This document shows positions 54,298-64,000 of a DNA stretch of 64,000 nucleotides, piece after piece. The notes beneath the pieces are model-generated. The model ran no database searches and was not told the DNA's origin. It saw nothing but the letters and a program-made list of their open reading frames with translations. Origin of the DNA: the human T2T-CHM13v2.0 reference genome, Homo sapiens. The translations under genes were made by a program, and so were the position numbers. Every line of letters starts with the position of its first letter. The first letter of the stretch is position 1. The stretch is taken from NCBI RefSeq assembly GCF_009914755.1, contig NC_060939.1; one strand, given 5' to 3'.

Positions 54298-54674
54298 CAC
54301 GGCTTCTTAACCCTGCCTGCCCATGAAAAACACCTGGAGAGCTTTCCAAAACACAGGTGGCCAGGCCACACCTCAGAGATTCTATTCCCTTGTTCTGATG
54401 GAATAGGGTGGCCAGAAAAAAATACAGGATATCCAGTTAAATTTGGATTTCAAAGAAATGATAAATACTTTGTATTGTAAGTATGTCCCAAATATTGCAC
54501 TGGGCATACTTGACTAAAATAATTGTTTATCTAAAATTCAAATTTAACTGTGTGTCCTATATTTGCATTTGCAAAATCTGTCTATGTGTTGGTACGTGTT
54601 GCAGGGAGATGATCATGAGTATTTTCTAAATCTCCCCAGGTAACTCATGTGTACATCTAGAGTTGAAACCACTG
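54298..54674. mobile_element. MER5-type MITE interrupted by MER53
   Basis: cacggcttcttaaccctg...cacctggagagcttt; other end ctccccaggtaactc...gttgaaaccactg. Confidence 0.7.
54404..54584. mobile_element. MER53 palindromic MITE
   Basis: tagggtggccagaaaaaaatacaggatatccagttaaatttg...taagtatgtcccaaatattgc...caaatttaactgtgtgtcctatattt. Confidence 0.85.
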
Positions 54675-54916
54675 ATTGTAGGAAAAATGATAAATGACAT
54701 AGACTCTAAACTCCTTATCATGGCAAAAAAGGACCTTCAGAGTTTGGCCTCTGCCCCCTTTTCAATCTCACCTTCTCTTTCTCTCCACACCCTAAACTAC
54801 CTGCTATGCATTTTACACTTTCTTATGTCCTTGTCTTTGCATATGCTTTCTCCCAAGCCTGGGATCTCCTTTCTGGTCTGTTGGATGAACTGCCACTCAT
54901 CCTTTAAGACCCAGAT
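54637..54916 (+). repeat. Arm A of ~280-bp inverted duplication
   Basis: Reverse complement of 57900-58180; 72/79 identity over 54832-54910. Confidence 0.93.
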
Positions 54917-55457
54917 ACATTGGCTATCTGCTTTTTCTAGCAATTTATTAGGCCCTTTACATTAAATATTTCAAATTCTTGTTATTAAGGTGTAATCACT
55001 TGCTAATTTGTTAATTCAAATTAATAACAACTAAGTTTGTTAGTTGTATTAAAATAGAAACTTTCCAACAAATGTCAAACACAAATTTTGAACAAATCAA
55101 TATGTATTACATTTTTAACTTTAGCATGTATTAAAATCTTAATATATATTAAATACAGCATATACTAAAATTGATTTTTATATTTTTGCCATTATTTTTT
55201 TCTCTTCCTCTTACCCATGAGCCAGTTGAACAAAATAAAAGAAAGCAGAACAAAATAGCTAAGACAAACACTTGCCTCCATGAGTTTAACGTCTAAACAG
55301 ATGTTTATATTTTTAATCTCTGTTACAACTTTCTACACTACAGTTTTTCTCATATTTCAGATGCGTCCTGTATTAATTTATGTGAAGCTCTGTTAAATCT
55401 AATTAAAATGTTGCCATATTTTGTATTATGCATTTTTATATAATTTCTTTATATCTA

Positions 55458-55594
55458 GGCCAGGCATGGTGGTTCATGCCTGTAATCCCAGCAACTTGGG
55501 AGACCGAGGCAGGAGGATCGCTTGAGTCTAGGAGTTTGAATCCAGCCTGGGCAATATAGCAAGACCCTGTCTCCACGAAAAAATAAATAAATAA
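55458..55594 (+). mobile_element. FLAM_C-like Alu monomer
   Basis: Single arm plus (TAAA)n tail; 18-bp TSD ataatttctttatatcta / ataatttcttcatttcta shows insertion as a monomer. Confidence 0.88.
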
Positions 55595-55723
55595 ATAATT
55601 TCTTCATTTCTAACAATGTTAACATGTCTTATTGTAAAAGTCCATTAATTCGGAGTCTATGGATGGTAGTAGGTTATGATTTGGTTGGAGATTATGTTGA
55701 GGCTACTTTTCATTCTCAGTGTT

Positions 55724-56623
55724 TGTCTTAGTCTGTTTGAGCTGCTCTAACAAAATACTATAAACTGAATGACTTATAAGCAACATAAGTTTATTTCTTA
55801 CAGTTCTACAGGCTAGGAAGTCCAAGATCAAGGCACCAGTGTTAGAGGCGTTCAAACCAGAGTGACTCCATCTTGAGTGAGGGCTAGGAAAATGAGGCTG
55901 GGACTTGCTAGGCTGCACTCCCAGAAAGGTATTCCTAGCCTCCAGATGTTTACAGTTAAGGAAACAGATTGATAATGTTTACTAAACAGACCCAGACTTG
56001 GGAATGGCCTAATATCCCAATATCTTGAGAACAAAGGCATTTCTAATTTTGCTTTAAAGGTAATAATAATGATTCTTGCCAAATATAGTAATTAAGAAAA
56101 TTAATCCTTTATTACAAACCCTTGGAGCAGAGCACATCGCTTCATGATCTTTTTTTATCCAGAATATAAACAAGTATTGTACGTAGGGTGGACACATTCT
56201 TCCTCGTACTTTCAGGATTACCCTGCTCTGTCTGTGGAGTAGCTGTGCTTTCACCACTTTACTTTCTTAATAAACTTGCTTTTGCTTTGCACTGCGGACT
56301 CGTCCTGAATTCTTTCTTGTGTGAGATCCAAGAACTTTCTCTTGGGGTCTAGATTGGGACCCCTTTCCTGTAACATTTGCAGATTCCATGTTTGGTGAGG
56401 GTTCGGTCTCTGCTTCATAAATGGCACTTTCTAGCTGAGTTGTGGTGGAAGGGTAACAAGCTTCTTAGGGCCCCTTTTATAAGGACACTAATTCCAGTCA
56501 TGAGGGCTATGCCTTCATGACCTAATCACCTCCCAAATTCTCCACCTCTTAATATTGTTGTATTAGGGATTAGGTTTTAACATAGGAATATGAAGTGGTG
56601 GAGGACACAAACAAACCATAATA
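55724..56623 (-). mobile_element. MLT1A-like LTR split by MER41
   Basis: tgtcttagtctgtttgagctgc...aaggcaccag [insert] cagattccatgtttggtgaggg...; perfect TSD gtgtt. Confidence 0.85.
55840..56375 (+). mobile_element. MER41-family ERV1 solo LTR (MER41C-like)
   Basis: tgttagaggcgttcaaaccagagtgactccatcttgagtg start; ttcttaataaacttgct poly(A) signal; end cttggggtctagattgggacccctttcctgtaaca. Confidence 0.88.
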
Positions 56624-57049
56624 GTGTTCATTTTTATCAATGACCTCTTCTGCAGTTGGAAACAGAATGAGAAAGAGAGAAATGTCTCTGCTATTGATAA
56701 TCCCTAGGTCAAAATCTGCAAGAGTTCCAGCTGAGGAATGAGAAAAATGTCTCCTAAGGTAGGAGGGAGGTCAGGTGGTCACAGTCACCCCAAATGTGTT
56801 GTTCATGTTTATATTTTCCATTTTGAAGGTAGATGGAATGCTCGGCGCAAGATGGCAACTTTTCCTAGTTGAGCTCTAGGCTTTAGAGAAGCTGCTGATA
56901 AAAATCATTGGTTTTGATCAATATTTTGTGAACTACCCTATGACCTCATGACATTTGTTATCACTTTACAAAGCAACCCCAAGTTTACAATGTGCCCCAA
57001 AGTTTTGTCTGTATAGGCAAAACTTTGTATTCCACTTTCTTGTAGCACC

Positions 57050-57405
57050 GGGAATAACTTCCTGCTTCATTAAGCTTTTCCCCTGTCCTGTTTCTCTTTA
57101 TCATCTGGTAGCGGATGCATGGCCACTCTTAGGCAGTGTCAGGTTTCTCCTGTTCTATGTTAAGTCTTTTTAAACTGCAACTGTTGGTTTAAATGCCTGC
57201 TTCCCCACTAGGTTGTGACCTCCCTAAAGACAGAAATTCTCCCATTTACCTTATCCCAGTGCCAAGTACTGTGCTTGCCACAAACTGGGTTTTCAGTATG
57301 TTAATTTGTTCAAAATTATTTTTTGACATTTCCTGGAAAGGTTCTATTTTCATGCAGCCAACAAAGCTAGCTGTTATGAACTTGAATGAACAGATTAATA
57401 AATGA
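57050..57405 (+). mobile_element. L2 3' end
   Basis: cttccccactaggttgtgacctccctaaagacag...atcccagtgccaagtactgtgcttgccaca. Confidence 0.65.
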
Positions 57406-57498
57406 TTACACCTTAATCACTAACATTTGAGATATTCAATGTAAAGGGCTTAATAAATTGCTTAGCAAAAAGCAGACAGCCAAGGCGTATAATTTTTA

Positions 57499-58180
<682 letters not shown>

Positions 58181-59134
58181 TCTTTGTTCAGTAAATGATT
58201 ACACACAGATCTTTTTCTAGACCCAGAGAGTTTATTTTCATATGACTCATCTGCCTAACATCCTAATTTCTTTAAAGAAGAACTTGTTAGAATAATGATG
58301 ATAAATGTCATTTCCATTTGCATAGTACTTCATACCTTTCAGAACAAATAGTTTTCAAGGAAAACATAAGTAATTTATTAAGTAATGTATTTTGATCCTC
58401 ACAACAACTTTGTGAACTTGATAGGGAAGGTGTTATACTCACAAAGGAAAAATACAGAGAAGTTATCATCTTCTGATTCTATATAGCAATGAAGAGTACT
58501 AAAAAGTGACCATCTCCTGCCTCATTGCTTACTCGTATTACCTACTTAACATGGAATTATAATGCAAACAACATAAATAATATTTGATCATCTTAGCAGT
58601 AGGCCTAACAATTCCTTGAAGTGGGAAGCCCACATTTGTTGGAACATTTCCATGAGGAGCTCCTTGAAATGAGCATGAGACCCTTAAAGAGCATGCTAAA
58701 GACACAATAAGTAGCTTCTAAATGGTTTTGAAGAGTAATAGTAGGGTCCGACTTTGTTATAGCTTTGATTTGAATGAATAAAAGGTATGCAGTTTGGGGA
58801 CAGAATTTTGACCTTAATGAGTTTCTTTACTAGAGGAGAGAGGCATTTGAGGTTGGAAATCATGATGTCCAGGAAGAGAAGAAAAAGAGCCAACAGAACT
58901 AGAACACATGGGAAGAAGAGACTGTTCCACCTCAGGCCAAAAAGAGACTAAGAACAAGAGCCATGCCTGAGGTTGATAGCTGTAGAATGTGTGATGCTAA
59001 CTCTCTTGCATCTCCCTAAATCATCTTCACTTTAATATAGTCCTCACTAATAATTGTGTGTGGAAGCAAAACAATGAGAATGGAAAGATATCTGGTATTT
59101 GTGTAACATGGCCTAGTCTTACAGATTAAGACAA

Positions 59135-59310
59135 TTTGTATATAGTATAAAGACTACAGACATTGAAACCAGGCAAACATACTAGCTGTGTAACAGAGAA
59201 CACTTCTGTTTCCTAAAACAGGATGATAATACCTAACACATGGAATCCTTTCAAGGTTTAACGTAGTAATAAAATATCTATACAACCTAGACTGATGTTG
59301 GGACTCTGTA
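59135..59310 (+). mobile_element. MIR fragment
   Basis: atactagctgtgtaac...tttcctaaaacaggatgataatacctaac. Confidence 0.55.
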
Positions 59311-59875
59311 ACACACAATTGCTGTGTGTTGCTGTATGTTAGCCCACAATAAACTGTGGATATGATTATTCATGCAGTTAAGCTCATCTGCATTTATGGA
59401 TCATAGAAACTCACAGATAGATGTCAAGAGTCCCTTGGACCTAGAAGCCACAGCACATAATGATCCTTAAACAAAATGAAGCAGTCTGGGTCCGGTAATC
59501 CCTTTTTATGCCATTATCTCCTTCTACCTCCTTCAATCTTTATACTTGTCCCACTCTCATGTTTTCAGACAAGGATCAAAATCTCATTCACACTTGTAAA
59601 GTACAAGTGTAAGGTGCAAAGTTATAAGGATACATGATTCAAAGACTTTTTCCCCAGGGATTGAAAAAGCACTTTTATAGGTGATAAAGGTAAAATGAAT
59701 CTTTAGTAGTGGAATTACAGGCATCAAAACCTGGGGCAGTGGGGTTTACAGAGAAGCTCCTCAAGCCCTTAAAATCATATCAAGTAGGTAGTCCCTTTTC
59801 CTACCTAAGCATGAGATATGCACTAGTTCCATTGCTAAGATCACATGCAGAGGTACTTAGAGTCCTATAATCTAG

Positions 59876-61830
59876 CAGTCTTCACATGGGATACATGTAC
59901 TTGGGCTGTATGCCATTCTAAGGTCTTTGTGGCAGCAATAGTTGTAAGGAAATCAATTTGCTGGTTTCCAACATCCACGTGAACTTTTGTCTGGTAATAG
60001 GCCTGTGGCTGAGACACAATGCTCGTTCTCCTCTTCTGCCTCCTCTTTAATAATTGTCCTTCTTCTCCTGCTTTTCAAAAGAAAGTTTTCCCATTCACTC
60101 GTCTGGCCCTATGGTATAAAACGCTCCAGCATGCCAAAAGAAGGAATAATGTTTAATATTGTTATCTGTTAAACCACTTGTAATCAAAGCACTATAAATT
60201 TTAAGGTCATTCTCTTTCTTAAGCATATGTCTGTTAAGAAGGAAGAATGGGATTCTTACAAGAATCTTGCCCTTCTCCTCTGCCAAATATTGTCAAGCAG
60301 TGAATGGTTCCCACTGGGGAGCCCCTTGAAAGCAAAGCAAAGAGAGAGCCTGCAGAAATAGGAAGGGTCAGGTAGCCTAATTTCTTCAAGGTGACAAATT
60401 TAAGGCAAATCTCCATGCCTGATCTATCTTTATAACTAGCTACCTACTTACTGCTGACTTATCTACATAATGTATCTTAGAACTAGAACTCATAAGTAAG
60501 ATGCTGTCACAGGGGCATGTAATAACATATTTGTGAACTGAAAAATAACATCAGACTTTTTTTAATATCAAAAATTTAGTTTGATTTGATTGATTGGTTT
60601 TAGACAATGAGAACTGACATTACCATGTAGGTTAAATGGTGAATATTTTCCCAAAATGGAATGAACTGAATTTTCAGCTCCAAGTTTTGACAAAATATGT
60701 TCAAAGTATGTGATAAGATGAAAGGATTTTTATTTTAAAATATATTCACAGGTGTATTGAAACTAACAATATTTTTATTTTTCCAACCCTCTTTTGAGTG
60801 AATCAGGGCTAAATAAAATGCTTCAAAACGAATGAGTAGCAAGAACAATGAATGGCTATCTGATAGGTCTTGGTAAAGCCTAGTTGGTATACTTCCCAGA
60901 AATCAAGGCAGTGAATGACTGTAATGACTGGGTGACAAAGACTTTTGCAAGAGAGGTTGTATATATTTCTTTTCTTTCGGTAAAACTGAAGGAGTATCTA
61001 TTCAAGTTGTTAGATGTAGAGCACTAAAAATAATTTTTGATGATATATTAGGATGTGATATTTTGGCATATAGCTCACAGGACTACCAAGAATTGAGATG
61101 GCATGCTGTTAGGAAACCTTAATTTCCATCTCTCTATTTGTGTGAACAAATTTTTTCAGTTCTAATAACAATAAATGAGAAAATAAATATAATTGATATG
61201 GAACTGTTTCATTCTGGCAATAAAGTTCATCTGTAAACACACAAATTAATTAAAAATGAAGCCAGACACATCCATGTCATTAAGAAATACATGTCCAATG
61301 AAATAATGAAATTTATTGTACATAATTTTTGTTATTGAGGTTAATAACTTATTTCTGCTGTTTTCATAATTTGTTTACCAATAAAATTAATAATGGTAAC
61401 CAAATCCAAAATATTTTTACTGTAGAGCCTAATACCAAATAAAAATAAATAAGATTTTAATTTACACACATTTTTACTACAGAGAAGTAACATGGTAATC
61501 AATAAAAGACCTTTAAGGATACTAACATATGTATTAAAACAAAATTTAGTAGAAAAATTGGAATAAACATACAATTTGAGGATAAAAGGGAAAGCTGTAA
61601 CAGTCTCAATTGTTGAAGATAATCTCTTTTATGTGTTTTTCAAGTAGATTGTGCTAAATTGAAATCCCAATAATATTTAGAAAATCTGTTTTTCAAATGT
61701 CAATAGTCACAGCAAGTCTGAAATTATATAATTTAACTCACTAAGGAACATTTTATCTAACTTAAAAGTAGATTTTCATAATTATTTTAGGGATTAGGAG
61801 AACAAAAAGGTTGAACATTTAAATACTGTA
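59876..61830 (+). mobile_element. hAT-Charlie DNA transposon fossil (Charlie7-like) with transposase remnants
   Basis: Translation from 60603 gives DNEN*HYHVG*MVNIFPKWNELNFQLQ; from 61123 FPSLYLCEQIFSVLITINEK (hAT dimerisation motif); Charlie-like ends. Confidence 0.75.
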
Positions 61831-62524
61831 ATGGGGAATAAAGAGTTGTGAAGCTTTGAATCATCTTCGTCTGTCCAATAAGTGAGGTTTTCTAGCTTTG
61901 GTCAGCTCTGCACCTAACTGTGCTTGTAAAAGCATCTGCCACGCACCTCCTGCTATGAGAATGTGCAAAAAAAATGCACCTGGATAGCTATATACTAGCA
62001 CATTCTAAAAGGCACTGAAGTTGGACTAAAACCAAAATGCTTCCTGATGCAATTATTTTACATTAAGATACAAATATTCCTAACATAGAAGCTCAGTTCC
62101 CAAATGCTCATTGTTTAGAAAACAAAATACACATTGAGCTCTAATAAAAATGCTTCCCTCCCTCGTTCTTTTATCATTCTTTTCCAGCAGAATCCAATGA
62201 ACATGATTAATATACAATTTAGTGGGGATTTGGCCACAGTCCAAATATACACTAACCAGGGGGAACCAGGGACATGATACTGTGCTGACTCCACAGAAAT
62301 CCCCTTTGCTCCTATTAAGAAGAGTTGAATAAGGAGTTAAGGATGAGCAGCTACATTTTTTCCAGATGTATTAGGAAATAGCATGTTCGTGAATACAAAT
62401 ACACCTGGAAGTGGTCACCTATGAAGGTCTTAAAGACTACATTCATGTGCAGCCTTGACTAAAGGCAGACTAATGAACCAGATGACTATGATTGTTGGCA
62501 TTCTTCAAAAGCCATCATAGCCAG

Positions 62525-62780
62525 CAGTTTGAGGCTTACAATGTGCTGTCTAAGTGCTTTCCAAACACAGTTCTGAATGCATTCCCCACATTAACTAAGG
62601 TAAGCCTCACAACAAACCCATCCATTAGACTAACATCACCCCCATTTTGCAGATGGAGAATCCAAGGCACAGAGGAGTTAAGTACTCTTCCAAAAGTCAC
62701 TCAGCCATGAAGTGGCAGAGCTGGGGGTTGAATTCAGTCAGTTTGGTTCTAGGGCCTTGAACTTAACCCCCGCATTACAC
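62525..62780 (-). mobile_element. MIR, near full length
   Basis: ccccattttgcagatggagaatccaaggcacagaggagttaagtactcttccaaaagtcactcagccatgaagtggcagagctgggg. Confidence 0.85.
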
Positions 62781-64000
62781 ATTACTCTGTGGAAACTTTG
62801 CTGCTGTAGACAAAGAAATTTATACTTCTTGAAGGTGGGTTTTTAAAAATATGGCAAGGGCAGATGGAGGAGGGGGTTTGGGATAGTTTGGCCTTCTGCC
62901 TAGAATTAAACATTCGCTAATTTTCTTTTGCTCTCTCCTGTTTCTAAGTAAATTGCTCTACACACTTATTTTATTATCATTATTTCTATCTGACATGCTA
63001 TGCAAGAACATCATGATTTAAAATATCTTAATAACAACCCAAAGAAAGGGACTTAAAAGTAATGTTCAGAGAGAAAACAGATGGCCACCAAGTGCAAATT
63101 CTGAATTCTTATATTTTTATAAGAGGAGTAGATGTGGTTGGTAAAAGGTTATGCTAATAAGCAAAATGTTCTTGTATTGTTATGAGCTTATTATTTAAAA
63201 ATCATTCTGAGATTTTTAAAGTGTTAAAATAGTAACCAAAGTAGATATTGGCAAACTAAACTCCAATTCTTCCTGAAGAAAATAATCTGATTTAAGCAGA
63301 TTCTTGAGAATCAGTTTAAAACCCAAAGATTAAATGTCAGGATCTACAGGATGGAACAAGTTCTATTCATTTAAGGTAGATGCTATTAGCTTATATGTGA
63401 AGATATCAACACACTGTGTAAACCTGGACCCCACAGTGGAGCTATTTTTAAATCCCTAACTTCCTGGGGAAAAGCTCAGTAAATAGGGCCAGGAAACTTG
63501 AATCCAGGATCCAAACACTAAAGGCCTTTCTTGGACACCTTTGAACTCTGTCTTGCAATATTCCCAAGTCTGTAATTGCTGGCTGGACTCTCAACTTCAT
63601 AGAAGGTCATGTCCTAGTTCCAGCGCCCCACTGTCCTTTTCTTCACCCTTTTCTGAATGACAACTGTTTCCTTCCGTTTTGGCTGTGGAAATAGTGGTTT
63701 GGGATTTTAAAAAAAGATAAGCAATCTCTAAAATCCCCTACATAATTCTACCATCAGGATTTATTCCTATTCCTGGTCTGGCCTTGTTGGCGTTATCCTC
63801 CTAATCCAGCTGTGGTGATGTATTGTACTGGCTGCCTGCCACACGCAAAAGCCTACCTCGGGACATCCTGCTAGAGGCAAAAGGCCAATCTGGCCTGTTT
63901 CTCAGTAGTTGGATTGACAAGCTGATACCCCGAGGACAATGATAATAGTCTATGTGTTTATATTTAGAAACACACATACTCTACACATGTGCTTATGTTG

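Larger units (their letters stand above)
54050..54960 (+). mobile_element. L2 fragment interrupted by MER5/MER53
   Basis: cagtggtctttctaaacac, ctaaactccttatcatggc...gaccttcagagtttggcctctg, ctcatcctttaagacccag. Confidence 0.65.

Noticed and set aside
63618-63640. CTCF-like ccagcgccccactgtcc
   Set aside because: Several mismatches in the informative core positions

Overview
Non-coding primate (human-like) genomic DNA: AT-rich, CpG-depleted, no CpG island, and no credible protein-coding ORF. The ORF track is explained by Alu antisense frames, microsatellites and chance. Much of the window is recognisable interspersed repeat: 10 dimeric Alus plus one FLAM monomer, L1 3' ends, long decayed L2 tracts, MIRs, MaLR/ERVL/ERV1 solo LTRs (MLT1, LTR16/41-like, MER41), and hAT DNA-transposon fossils (MER5, MER53, MER63, MER94, and a ~2 kb Charlie-type element with readable transposase motifs). 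Repeat-poor blocks between them look like intronic or gene-desert regulatory DNA. Subfamily names come from recalled consensus sequences and need RepeatMasker/Dfam confirmation. I cannot identify the locus or demonstrate a new biological system. The structures least explained by routine annotation are: (1) a ~280-bp inverted duplication (54637-54916 / 57900-58180, 91% identical in its core) bracketing a MER41 LTR and a candidate non-coding exon; (2) an inverted L1 fused to a 5'-truncated Alu; (3) a 57-bp locally templated insertion into an MLT1 LTR; (4) a perfect 21-bp-arm nested palindrome at 17381-17426; (5) a MER53 hairpin retaining the 5' part of miR-1302.
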